Below are positions 12,745-24,652 of a stretch of DNA of 36,264 bases, piece by piece. The stretch covers positions 27,016,821 to 27,053,084 of the forward strand of contig NC_068981.1 of the NCBI RefSeq assembly GCF_001194135.2, written 5' to 3'. Each line of letters starts with the position of its first letter. Position 1 is the first letter of the stretch. The position numbers were made by a program, and so were the translations under genes. A model generated the notes under the pieces. That model was not told the DNA's origin. It did not search any database and was given only the letters and a program-made list of their open reading frames with translations. The stretch comes from Octopus bimaculoides (taxonomy: Eukaryota).

Positions 12745-12941
12745 GAAGGCAACGAGCTGGCGGAAACTTTAGCATGCCGGCCGAAATGCTTAGCAGTATT
12801 TCGTCTATCTTTGCGTTCTAATTCCACCAAGGTCGACTTTGACTTTCATACTTTCGGAGTCAATAATTTAAGTCACAGATACGTACTGGGGTGAATCTAA
12901 TCGACTGGGCTCCTCCCAAAAAACTTCCGGTCTCATGCCTG
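12745..12941 (+). mobile_element. Family-1 SINE (tail type B), diverged, B-box region deleted
   Basis: gaaggcaacgagctggcggaaac...gttctaattcc...gtcgactttgactttcatactttcggagtc...ctcctcccaaaaaacttccggtctcatgcct. A further remnant with gttctgagttcaaat follows at about 12942-13000. Confidence 0.85.
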
Positions 12942-14039
12942 TGAAATATCTCGGTATCTTCAAACATCTATTGATGTTCTGAGTTCAAATATCACACGGG
13001 TTCATCTTAATGTTTTATAGTTTCGCTGACGATACAGTCAGATATTATTGCATTCACTAATATGTGTCGAATCGTACCTGTCCTCAAATTTAGTATTATG
13101 TAGCATTTCGTATGATCTTATTTCTAAAGCTTATGTCTCCCTCCATATATGACTTTCACCAGCTTTATTATTCATACATGGAGGTTTAAAACGAAAAAAA
13201 GTGCAGAAATATTTCGCAGCATATGATATAGCATTTGCCCACTTAAATATAGCTAAACTGTTTGCAAAATTATTGTTTCAAATATTTTGCAATTTTTTCA
13301 GGCATGCAGTTTTGTAAAGTGGTGTCATATATATTTTCATTTATAAACTTACATTCAGCGGTGCTTGTTTTCTGCTTGACTAGTATATCCATATCACTTT
13401 GAAACCGTCATTAAACTGTATCTAAATAACCAGTTGATACGATGACAAATCAAATTTATTGATGCATTTATTCACTAAAAAGAAAACCAATATTTTAAAT
13501 GACCTCACTGTGATCACATTTCTCTGTGAAGTTGGAATTACTTCGCCTCTGTAATTTATGATGCTTAGAAAACCTAATATGTAACAATTGTATATTTTAT
13601 AATTAAATTATGAATTGATCTCATTCTCTGGCGCCACTCAATGTTATTTACAAATTCTTTTTTTTCAGAAAGCTTCTTACTGCATAACCAACAAGTAATA
13701 GCGAAGATTATATTTCCGCTGATTACTCCTAAGAAACTATCGAAGTTTTCTCTGTTGTTAGCTCACCCCCAAAGAATGATAAATAATTTTCTAACTATCC
13801 TATTTAGCACTTTCAAAAGTTTCGTGGTTATTTTTGACTTTGAACACTCGAAACAGAATGAAACCTGTCTCTTATAATTCGTATATTTTGTGTGTGGCAC
13901 AATACAGGTAATCTTCTTGGTTTTTATTGTCATTATCTTAAATTTTTGTCTTCATTTCATCACAAAATATTAGCTACGATGGTACTTCTTTTAAGCGATA
14001 AAGATAGATCATTCGATCGATTCTAGTAATTCGTAATTA

Positions 14040-14310
14040 AATTCACGAAAACAGAAATATGACATCCACCTATACATACATATATACCTACATGCATACA
14101 TACGCGCGCGCGCGAACACACACACACACGCACACACACACACACACACAAGCCCACGCATACACATATTATAGTTATGTATGTATGTATGTACGTACGT
14201 AAGCACGTACGTTTGTATGCACGTATGTATATATATGTATACATGTGTGTATGTTTGTATGTATGTATGCATGCATGTAAGCATGTATGTTTGTATGTCT
14301 GTAAATGGAT
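14040..14310. repeat. TACA/CG/CA/TATG compound simple repeat
   Basis: Direct reading. Confidence 0.88.
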
Positions 14311-14589
14311 GTATAGACGCTGCACGAAAACCGAATACTAAAATATTCTCTTTCCAGTCATGTGATGGTGAAGGCGTCTTTGTTTCTGGGGTTGTATGTG
14401 GATATTTACAGCAGAATTTTCGGGGAAGGTGTGTTGTTGTGGTAAACTTTTCTTAAGGTTTTTATGTCGATTTGTGCTGCACGTCTGATTCCATCCTGTA
14501 TGAGTTGAACTTCTACTTAAGAAATACTCCTTTCATAATTAGTTATGATACCAAAGTAGGGTTTTTTTTTACTTGTTTCAGTCACATAC

Positions 14590-14725
14590 TCCGCCGAGGT
14601 CGACTTTGTGTTTCATCCTTTCGGGGTCGATAAATTAAGTACCAGTTGCGTACCGGGGTCAATCGAATCGACTGCCCCTCCCCACTCCAAACATTTCGGG
14701 CCTTGTGCCTAGAGTAGCAAAGAAT
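14590..14725 (+). mobile_element. Family-1 SINE (tail type B), 5'-truncated
   Basis: tccgccgaggtcgactttg...tcggggtcgataaattaagtaccag...atttcgggccttgtgcctagagtagcaaagaat. Confidence 0.9.
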
Positions 14726-15009
14726 AAGAATGTCTGTTGGAGTCGTTTGCAATGAAGACTGTGTGGTTTAATGCTGGGTGCTTTGCTATCGTCCGACAAT
14801 GTGGTTAGAACTAACTAAACTGTTACCAAATAAAAAATACTAACGTATTTTCGTGGCCCTCACTAAGGAAAAAAAAATGGCAAACCCGAAAAACTAAAAT
14901 CCTAATATTTTCGCAGGACCCAACTTGCATCCATGTATTTATGTATGTATGTATGCATGCNNNNNNNNNNNNNNNNNNNNNNNNNNNNNNNNNNNNNNNN
15001 NNNNNNNNN

Positions 15010-15147
<138 letters not shown>

Positions 15148-15824
15148 GCATTTATGACAGTTTGTATAAATTAATATGCATGTGTATATGCGTGTGTGTT
15201 GGAGAGTTTGTGTATTTGTGAGCATGTATGTAGAATATTGGGAAGTATCTTGAGAAATGGAATAATATACACATCTAAGAAATTCTAGCCATGCAAATCA
15301 AATGACCTTTTCCCCGCTAGGTATAGAAACCGAGTTGGCGAATCCGATCACCGTGATCTTAATGTACTTAGGATGTTATAGCTTTCTTAAAAAAAAAATT
15401 TAAGATGATGAAAAAAGAAAAAAAATAAAGAAAATGAAAGAAGTCTAAGTACAATGAAAATTAAACAATAACACACATTTCAGAAATTGAATTTCAGAAG
15501 CGACAGTAAGATAAACAAACAAAAGCAAATAAGGTGATAAACAATATATAAACGAATAGCCAGACATTTGAAAAATGCACTGAAATGCCATCAAAATTTC
15601 GTGTCTGTTTGAGAAGTGACATTCGGTGTACTTCCGTTTTAAACTCCAAAGAAGTCTTCGAGTTGCTCCTTTTTTTAAAACTATTCATTTGAGAGAAGGA
15701 TACTGTAAGACACTGATAAGATAGTGGTGACATTATTTGTCAACACCCAAGAAATCTGACACTATTTCTTTGAATTGAAGTTAGACGAAGGGGAAAATAA
15801 AATTTCGCGAATTCCTATTATATA

Positions 15825-15857
15825 TATATAGTGTGTGTGTGTGTGAGTGTGTGTGTA

Positions 15858-15906
<49 letters not shown>

Positions 15907-16330
15907 ACATGCGTAGATGTATATATATATATGCATATGGATTCATATATATTAAGATATAAGGGTGTGCGTGTGTGTGCATACATGTGTTCTTTTGGAC
16001 TCAAAGTATACGTCTATGTGTACATATATTTGTGCGATGATATATGCGACAATAAATACATATGTGTATACATCATTTTCCATTAGCTAATATATAAAAT
16101 ATAATATATATACTTAAATAGATGCACGGGGACAAGCACACACAAACACACACACACATACACACACATATACTTGTGTCTATGTGTCTGCATACATATA
16201 TATATATATATATGTGGGTGGGTGTGTGTATATAATATGTAAATATAACACATACATACATACACGTATGAATGTATGTACGTATGTATGAGTGTGTATT
16301 TATGCTTGTGTCCGTGTTTGTGTTTGTAAT
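15825..16330. repeat. TG/TA/CA-rich low-complexity region
   Basis: Direct reading. Confidence 0.85.
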
Positions 16331-17017
16331 ATACATCTCGAAATCCCGCACATATCTATTCTTCACCTTTTTTTTTTTTTACTACAGAAAGAGAAACAGA
16401 AGAATAAGATGAATGTCTTCTGTATTCTATTTAAGCAGGTGTCTGTGTGTCGAATATAGGATGAAAGAACAATAATACTGACAATATCAATTCTAAGAGC
16501 AATAAATAAATAAATGAAACATGGCGAATTACAAGAAACTTTAGTAAAACGAACGAATGTCAGCCGGTATCTTGTTTATATTAGCATCGAGTAGTTGATG
16601 AAAGTTCATTAGGATGTATTGAGAGAAGATGTCAATGAAGTTTCTCTATGTTGTCAGATAGGCTTTAGTAACATAGTCTTTTCACTATACTCTTGTTTTC
16701 ATTGGTATTTTTTTTCTTTCGCTTATACTTCTATTTATTTTACCCAGGGTATCTGGTGAATTTGAAGTAAAAATAAAGCAATGACAAATTAATTAAATTA
16801 TCTGACATAATAATGACAATGTCTAAAAGAGAAACAAACCCACGAAATTCGTTCAGTTGGAATTTAGTTGATGTTTTTATATTATCGACACCGAGAGGAT
16901 GAGATGCAAAGTCTATCATTGTCGAGATAGAGTTGCATTTCATAAGACACTATCTCAGAAGATAACCGAATGTAGTTGTACGCCATAAAGTAACTCAATA
17001 TAAAAATCTCTCTCCAG

Positions 17018-17100
17018 ATTATTGCTAAACGAACTTAAACAGTATGAGACATTTATTGAGACGTTCAACGCATTCAGCCCATCGACCACGTTTGGGATGA
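17018..17100 (+). CDS. Candidate internal coding exon, 83 nt, product unknown
   Basis: Acceptor ...atctctctccag, donor gtgaga, and a single open frame xLLLNELKQYETFIETFNAFSPSTTFGM. No homology recognised; may be chance. Confidence 0.2.
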
Positions 17101-17399
17101 GTGAGATATATTAAAAGAAAATATAAATCATTGCCATGTATAGAAGACTATATAGTTTGGGAAACAGAATAACTTATCATATTAATTTAGTATATTATTT
17201 GAAAGGCGCTATATTATGCCGATCTTGCAATAAGGGAAGACAACGTTGACCTCAGTGCGAAGAGAAAACAGAAACATACATAATACAGACAATAGAAGGA
17301 AATAGATACTGCAGGATATTTGTCCGCCCATCTTCCTATCATACATAGCTATATGAAAATTATAGATGATAATTCTTTAAAATTTAGCATGAAACCAGC

Positions 17400-17545
17400 A
17401 AGGTTAAGAGCGTGTAGTCAATTATATCAATCCTAGTAATCAACTGGTACTTATTTAAACGAAACCGAAATATTCAGAGGCAAATTTGACCTCTGCGCGC
17501 AGAACGTAAAACCAGAAGGAATGCCGCTCAGCATTTTGTCCTTCT
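17400..17545 (-). mobile_element. Decayed family-1 SINE
   Basis: Plus strand caactggtacttatt...gaggcaaatttgacctc...cagaacgtaaa...gccgctcagcattt matches the reverse complement of the SINE core. Confidence 0.7.
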
Positions 17546-17614
17546 GCTATTGATTTCGCCTCCATGATTTGTTCCATATTTTGGCACAACACAAGCCATG
17601 TTTGTCGAAGTAGA

Positions 17615-17750
17615 TTGTCGATTGCATCACCTCCGGTACTTGACTGGTACTATAATTCATCTGCACCGAAATTTGACATCTCTGATCTCAGAACGCAAAA
17701 AAAGAGAGAAACGCCGATAGAGAATATCCCTTGTACGCAAACAATCCTCC
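17615..17750 (-). mobile_element. Highly decayed family-1 SINE remnant
   Basis: gtcgattgcatc...gactggtact...ctcagaacgcaaa. Confidence 0.5.
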
Positions 17751-17775
17751 GAGCAATACTGATGATTGTTACTAT

Positions 17776-17954
17776 ATTTTGTAATCTAGGAACAAGGCCT
17801 GAAATTTATGGTGGAGAGGACAGTCAATTATAGCGATCTTAATGCATCGACTCCAAAATAATAAAAAGCAAAGTTGATCACGTCGGAATTTGAACTCAGA
17901 ATTTTAAGACGGACGACAGTATTTTGGCCGGTGTGCTAGCAATTCTGTCAGTTG
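17776..17954 (-). mobile_element. Family-1 SINE (tail type B), diverged
   Basis: ctaggaacaaggcctgaaatt...gcaaagttgatc...ggaatttgaactcagaa...ccggtgtgctagcaattctgtcag. Confidence 0.8.
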
Positions 17955-18009
17955 ATGATGATGATGATGATCATGATCATGATTATCATGATAATGATCA
18001 TGATCATGG

Positions 18010-18076
<67 letters not shown>

Positions 18077-18093
18077 GGTGATGATGGTGATGA
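17954..18093. repeat. (GAT)n microsatellite with CAT/GGT variants
   Basis: Direct reading; source of the poly-D/M/I ORFs. Confidence 0.95.
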
Positions 18094-18095
18094 CG

Positions 18096-18307
18096 TTTTC
18101 TACGAAAGCCTCAAAGCCTGAAATTTGGGTGTGTGGCACTAATCGATTACATCGGCTTCAGTGTTTCACTGGCAAATAATTTAACGACCCCGAAAGGATG
18201 AAAAGCAAAGTCGATATCGGTGGAATTTGGACTTAGATCGTAGCGACGGGTGAAATACCGCTAAGCATGTCGTCCAGCATGCTAACGATAGTGACAGCTC
18301 ACCTCCT
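18096..18307 (-). mobile_element. Family-1 SINE (tail type B), near full length, diverged
   Basis: gaccccgaaaggatgaaaagcaaagtcga...gaaataccgctaagcat...gctaacgat...cagctcacctcc. Confidence 0.87.
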
Positions 18308-18308
18308 G

Positions 18309-18332
18309 AATAACAATAATAACAACAACAAC

Positions 18333-18392
<60 letters not shown>
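18309..18392. repeat. (AAT)n tract with (AAC) interruption
   Basis: Direct reading; immediately 5' of a plus-strand LINE fragment. Confidence 0.96.
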
Positions 18393-18395
<3 letters not shown>

Positions 18396-18722
18396 ACAGG
18401 AAAAATTTGGCATGACAAGTAAATACTCAATCAATTCTTGAAGAATAAAGATGAGGTTGACTGAAATAGAACCCGGCAATGGCTGCAGAAAGGAGACTTA
18501 AAAGGGCCCACTGAGACATTTGTGTGCAGTGCTTAAGAACAAGCTCTCAAAACAAACTACGCCAAATATCACATTGATAAAAGCACTGACTCATCACAGT
18601 CTAGGATGTGCACAGAGAAAGGAGGAAGTATAAGCCTTATTGTTAGGGAGTGCTGTAAACTCGCACAACGCGGATACAATTCGAGACAAGACAGTGTGGC
18701 CAGATATGTCCACTGGCTGTTG
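18393..18722 (+). mobile_element. RLE-type LINE fragment, zinc-knuckle region
   Basis: Translates as WLQKGDLKGPTETFVCSA*EQALKTNYAKYHIDK...RMCTEKG...IVRECCKLAQRGY...DSVARYVHWL, a decayed CCHC region typical of R4/Dong-like ORFs. Confidence 0.88.
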
Positions 18723-19496
18723 TAAACAAGTTATACCTCGAAACTTTGATGCCAAGTTACCTTTCAAGGGATCCTTGAGAAATAACAGCGTTCGTTCACT
18801 TGTCATCCAGGTAGGAACGTGCCCATTATGCAGGAATTAACCCGGTTGTGAAGCGATCCTTTCATGCAACTGTGTAAAAGTTCTTCAGCCAGCAGCCTCG
18901 TACTATATCCAGGCTTGGTCATTTCCAGTTGGCTATTTTTTTTAAAAACTTCAGTCTTACTGTATATAGATCCCTTTCGACGTCCTTCTGTCTTGGTACA
19001 GTTGCAAGTAGTCTTTTCACCTGTGTTAACCACTCTGAACTTTCTATGTCTGACCGGTCTGTTTCATAGTCTTTCCCCAATTATTTTACTGTCTTCTGCA
19101 TCACGAATCAGTTACTGATGTTGGTCTCCTCAAAAACAATCCTATTTGATTGGAACATTTCAAAACCCTTTACAACTTACATCATATCTTTTCAATTTGG
19201 TCCTTAAAGCTATCAACCTTTCTGATGATACTTCATGTAATGTCTGGTTTCCCCTTTCTTCTAACCTGTACTATCCACCCAATTTCCTGATCACTACCTC
19301 ATTCTTGAACTCTCCTCTCAATATCCTATTCATTTGCCCCAGTTCTATCTGTGTCATTTCCAAATTCATTTATAATCTCTTCTTCCATTTAGTTGTTTTT
19401 TGTTTTCTTTTCATTTCCTTTCATTTCTTCAGTTTTCCGCTTATAAACTATTATGTCAGCTAAAGTATTAGTAGCAGCTATGATTATCTGTTTATT
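18723..19496 (-). mobile_element. RLE-type LINE fragment, pre-RT region and start of RT
   Basis: Minus strand KWKKRL...LKKIANWK*PSLDIVRGCWLKNF...HERIA...VPTWMTSERTLLFLKDPLKGNLASKFRGITCL. Resembles the NWKAPGxD...PxWMTxGRT...YRPITCL block of RT domains 0-1. Confidence 0.85.
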
Positions 19497-19521
19497 TTTT
19501 TTCGTTGTTGTTGATATTATT

Positions 19522-20500
19522 TCTTTTCATCACAAGTTTTCTTGGAACTCCTGATGTCTTGCTTAGGTAGCAAGCTTGCTACCTGCAGCCTACGGTACCA
19601 TGCCACCCACTCATTTCAGCTATCTAATGCTTTTCGTGAATATTCTTGCCGTGCCAAGGAGGCAAAAAACTTTTGGAACAGTTTTACTGGGCACTCTATT
19701 CCAATTTCCTTTCTATTCCTCTAGATGCCTTCTGGTACTTCTCCTAAGGTCCCAACAATAATTGGCTCTATCTTCACATTTTTCATGTTCCATAGCCGAG
19801 ATATTTCGTACTTAGAGGGTTGTATTTATCAATCAATCTTTTCGACTTCCTTCTTGACTATTCGTGGGTCAAAAGAGCATGTAACATCAACTATATGGCA
19901 CATGTAGTGCACCTGGTTCATCACCACTAGGTCCGGTCTGTTATGATCCAGTACCTGATCTCTTTGGATTGATACTCTCCCGTATGCTAATCAGGCCACG
20001 TCCACCTCTACACCACTTCGTGTAGAGCCTGTGTTTGTTTGCATTAGGATGGAGGTAACCATACATTGTCATTGTCTTTCGGATAGTGCGATGGAGTTGT
20101 TCAAGCTCCGCTCGTTTCCATTTCAGAATGAGTGCACTATATCTTATGTTGGTGGAAGTTACAAAGTTCCTTGCATTGAGGCTTGACTTCAAGAAAAGTT
20201 TGAGGCGCTTCAAATATGCAGTGGTGACCTGTTTTTCCATTTCTCTGTATACAATATTATCCAGCTCCAGGATCCCAAGGTACTTGTACCCATCAGCATC
20301 TGGGGCTCCCTTTCACGCTTCCTTTAACAGTTCTATGCCCCTTTAATTTGCTCTTTTTCCCGCTTCAAAGTGAGCACCACACACTTTCAGATTCTGAATT
20401 CCATCCCTATATCCATGATGCACATCTTCTCTGTCTTTACCAGCCTCTACATTTCAGCCTCTGTTTCCGCCCTCGGGTTCTGAGACCTTTCCAGTCAGTT
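19522..20500 (-). mobile_element. RLE-type LINE 3' portion with internal deletion and 3' UTR
   Basis: GYKYLGILE...LKSSLNARN...LHPNANKHRLY...GGRGLIS joined directly to DHNRPDLVV (PD at about 19931-19939)...IVDVTCSFD...KIEPIIVGTLG. ORF ends near 19616; short aat/aac tail at 19504-19521. Confidence 0.88.
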
Positions 20501-21179
20501 CCACTAGATATTATTCTACCTATTTCGGCATTTATATTGTCACATCTAGAATATTGTTGCTGACTGTCCCTTCACCAAGCGAAAGAAAATCTTATGATTA
20601 TTGACACACGGCAGAGGGCAAAGGTATAAAGAAATGAGGAAATAAACAATATTTTCGAAAATCAATAAATATCATTTATTGCATGACATGCTTGGTAATC
20701 GGGAGTACATCAAATTCACAGACAGTATTCCTGCATGCGTCAAAGAGACATTATTTGAACTATGCAGAAGTTATAGCAATTCCACTGTCTTCATAAATTA
20801 ACATGAAATTAAAAACACACAAAAGCAAATACAGTTAGTTCTCACAATGCGTAAAGATAAAACAGTATAACAAATTTAGCACACTACGACATGCGTTATA
20901 TAACATTGTTCTAGAAAACGTTAACGAAGAAAAATACTCCGTAAACTATAAAATGGATAGCAGATATATCAACTGTATCTGACTAAGTTTTTGTCAACAA
21001 GTAGCTTCTTGGGGCACTTATGGTGACGAAAATTATGCCTAGTTATGTCTCATAGGTTGGCATTTTAAGTTAGATGGCACCTGAGTAAATTCAGCGCCAA
21101 AAAATTATTTTAATCTCTAAATTATGTCTTCAAGGAATTACTTGCTTATGCAATTGCTTGTGGGTGAGTGTGTGAGTGA

Positions 21180-21219
21180 TGTGCGTGTATCTGTGTGTGT
21201 GTGTGTGTGTCTGTCTGTC

Positions 21220-21251
<32 letters not shown>

Positions 21252-21383
21252 TATACGCGTGTTTTATATGATGTGCGTTTATCTACTTATCTTCCTCTTT
21301 GTCTCTCGATATGTATGTCTTGAGATTTCTATCCATCTATTTGCTTAGCTAGCTAGCTAGTTAGCTCTCCCTACACCTCTCCT

Positions 21384-21414
<31 letters not shown>

Positions 21415-21530
21415 CTCTCTTTCTCTCTCTCTCTCTCTTTATATATATATATATGTAGAGAGAGAGAGAGAGAGAGAGAATGAGAGAGAGATAGAAACTC
21501 ATAACTTTATTTACACGCCTTTATATATAT

Positions 21531-21586
<56 letters not shown>
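21180..21586. repeat. GT/CT/GA/TA compound microsatellite region
   Basis: Direct reading. Confidence 0.92.
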
Positions 21587-22689
21587 NNNNNNNNNNNNNN
21601 NNNNNNNNNNNNNNNNNNNNNNNNNNNNNNNNNNNNNNNNNNNNNNNNNNNNNNNNNNNNNNNNNNNNNNNNNNNNNNNNNNNNNNNNNNNNNNNNNNNN
21701 NNNNNNNNNNNNNNNNNNNNNNNNNNNNNNNNNNNNNNNNNNNNNNNNNNNNNNNNNNNNNNNNNNNNNNNNNNNNNNNNNNNNNNNNNNNNNNNNNNNN
21801 NNNNNNNNNNNNNNNNNNNNNNNNNNNNNNNNNNNNNNNNNNNNNNNNNNNNNNNNNNNNNNNNNNNNNNNNNNNNNNNNNNNNNNNNNNNNNNNNNNNN
21901 NNNNNNNNNNNNNNNNNNNNNNNNNNNNNNNNNNNNNNNNNNNNNNNNNNNNNNNNNNNNNNNNNNNNNNNNNNNNNNNNNNNNNNNNNNNNNNNNNNNN
22001 NNNNNNNNNNNNNNNNNNNNNNNNNNNNNNNNNNNNNNNNNNNNNNNNNNNNNNNNNNNNNNNNNNNNNNNNNNNNNNNNNNNNNNNNNNNNNNNNNNNN
22101 NNNNNNNNNNNNNNNNNNNNNNNNNNNNNNNNNNNNNNNNNNNNNNNNNNNNNNNNNNNNNNNNNNNNNNNNNNNNNNNNNNNNNNNNNNNNNNNNNNNN
22201 NNNNNNNNNNNNNNNNNNNNNNNNNNNNNNNNNNNNNNNNNNNNNNNNNNNNNNNNNNNNNNNNNNNNNNNNNNNNNNNNNNNNNNNNNNNNNNNNNNNN
22301 NNNNNNNNNNNNNNNNNNNNNNNNNNNNNNNNNNNNNNNNNNNNNNNNNNNNNNNNNNNNNNNNNNNNNNNNNNNNNNNNNNNNATATATATATATATAT
22401 ATATATAGGTTATATTTAAAATTAATGTTTAGATAGGAGATTTTAAAATGCAGTATCCAAACCGTTGCGAATGTCCCTAGTATTATGCCTGCAGAGAACG
22501 TTCACCACTAACGGTTGCCAGGCGTCGTCTGTGGTACTGCACTTTCGTCCCAGGATCTACATAAGGAATTCCTCTGTTCACGATTAGTATATATTAAATG
22601 ATTGATGAGGAAGACAATGTGTATTGTGATTTTTATTCAGCACGACGACCGCTTCGGTTTACATCTGCACTACTCCCTAGTGGGTGAAA

Positions 22690-22850
22690 AACACCGGCTT
22701 CAGTTTTTAGTCGAATGAATCAACCCTAGTACTTTGTTTTTTGAGCATACTACTTATTCTACCGGTCTATTTTGCCGAACCGATAGGTTACGGGGACATA
22801 AACAAACCAACAGCGATTGTCAAGTAATGCTGGAGAGAACAAACACAGAA
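22690..22850 (-). mobile_element. Family-2 SINE 3' portion
   Basis: Reverse complement ttgacaatcgctgttggtttgtttatgtccccgtaacctatcggttcggcaaaatagaccggtagaataagta...ctagggttgattcattcgactaaa is homologous to about 23665-23790. Confidence 0.8.
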
Positions 22851-22859
22851 TAAATGATA

Positions 22860-22901
<42 letters not shown>

Positions 22902-23410
22902 NNNNNNNNNNNNNNNNNNNNNNNNNNNNNNNNNNNNNNNNNNNNNNNNNNNNNNNNNNNNNNNNNNNNNNNNNNNNNNNNNNNNNNNNNNNNNNNNNNN
23001 NNNNNNNNNNNNNNNNNNNNNNNNNNNNNNNNNNNNNNNNNNNNNNNNNNNNNNNNNNNNNNNNNNNNNNNNNNNNNNNNNNNNNNNNNNNNNNNNNNNN
23101 NNNNNNNNNNNNNNNNNNNNNNNNNNNNNNNNNNNNNNNNNNNNNNNNNNNNNNNNNNNNNNNNNNNNNNNNNNNNNNNNNNNNNNNNNNNNNNNNNNNN
23201 NNNNNNNNNNNNNNNNNNNNNNNNNNNNNNNNNNNNNNNNNNNNNNNNNNNNNNNNNNNNNNNNNNNNNNNNNNNNNNNNNNNNNNNNNNNNNNNNNNNN
23301 NNNNNNNNNNNNNNNNNNNNNNNNNNNNNNNNNNNNNNNNNNNNNNNNNNNNNNNNNNNNNNNNNNNNNNNNNNNNNNNNNNNNNNNNNNNNNNNNNNNN
23401 NNNNNNNNNN

Positions 23411-23455
<45 letters not shown>

Positions 23456-23491
23456 TCAATGTGTGTTTGTGCATGTGTGTGCCTGTATGTG

Positions 23492-23846
23492 CCACATGGT
23501 TCCAGGTTCAGTCCGACTGCGTGGCACCTTGGGTAAGTGTCTTCTGCTATAGCATCTGGCCGACCAAAGACTTGTGAGAGAATTTAGCAGATGGAAACTG
23601 AACGAAGCCCGTATATTCATACGTATACGCATATATCTATGCGTCTTTCTTTTTTCCCCTCCCATCACTGCTTGACAACCGGTGTTGGTGAATTTAGATC
23701 TCTGAAACTTAACGGTTCGACCAAAGAAACCAATAGATTAAGTGCTAGGCTTGAAAAAATTCTAGGGTCGATTTGTTCATTGTAAAATCCCTGAAGGCAG
23801 TGCTCCAGCATAGCCGCTGTCAAATGACTCAAATAAATAAAAGAAT
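23492..23846 (+). mobile_element. Family-2 SINE, 5'-truncated, with internal simple-repeat spacer and 3' tail
   Basis: ccacatggttccaggttcagtcc...ggcaccttgggtaagtgtcttct...ggaaactgaacgaagcccg...ttgacaaccggtgttgg...gtgctccagcatagccgctgtcaaatgactcaaataaataaaagaat. Confidence 0.88.
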
Positions 23847-24544
23847 ATAAGACTAAAATAATATATATATGTGTGTGTACAAATATATGTATATATATTT
23901 GTACACACACTTATGTGTGTATGTGCGTGTGGTTGTGTGTGTGTGTGCACGGGTGAGAGATTGTGTATTTGTGCGCGCATTTGCGTGTGTTTGTGCTGGT
24001 GTGATCGTGAAGTAATATAAAATGAGAATGATTTTTATACGGATACTATCGAGACAAAGAAAATATCTGTTTCTCACCACTTACTGTGTTCCTGTTGTTT
24101 TGAAGGTTTTTTTTTCATTTCTGGTCTAAGAATAATCATAAAGAATAATTTGCGTTGTGTTGACAGATTAAAGAAAAATTGAAACATTTTTCTCTCATCA
24201 ATGATAGCTTGAGATAGAGAGAATACATGTACGTGCGTGAGAATGTGAATACACAAATAGTGAAAAAGAAGGAAGCCGACGAAAAATTATCTAAGAATAA
24301 TAAACAGCTTATATATATTCATGACAGTAGTTCTTCATCGTGGGTGTTACACTTATAAATCCTATACATGTAATCATTTCTCACAGAAGCACAGGGTGGC
24401 ATTATTTGTAGTGGAATAACATCGTTGATTAGAGTGAATCTATTATGTGATATATGACTGGTATACCAACCACAACCGACTCAGAATATTATAATTTACC
24501 TCAGATATTCTCAAAAAAAAATGAACACATAAATAGCATTTATC

Positions 24545-24577
24545 GAATAATAATAATAATAATAACAATAGTAGAAA

Positions 24578-24652
<75 letters not shown>
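24545..24652. repeat. (AAT)n followed by (AGT)n microsatellite
   Basis: Direct reading. Confidence 0.96.

Noticed and set aside
16388-16438. Possible 51-nt exon KEKQKNKMNVFCILFKQ after a poly-T acceptor
   Set aside because: Donor gtgtct is poor and the poly-T run is common low-complexity sequence.
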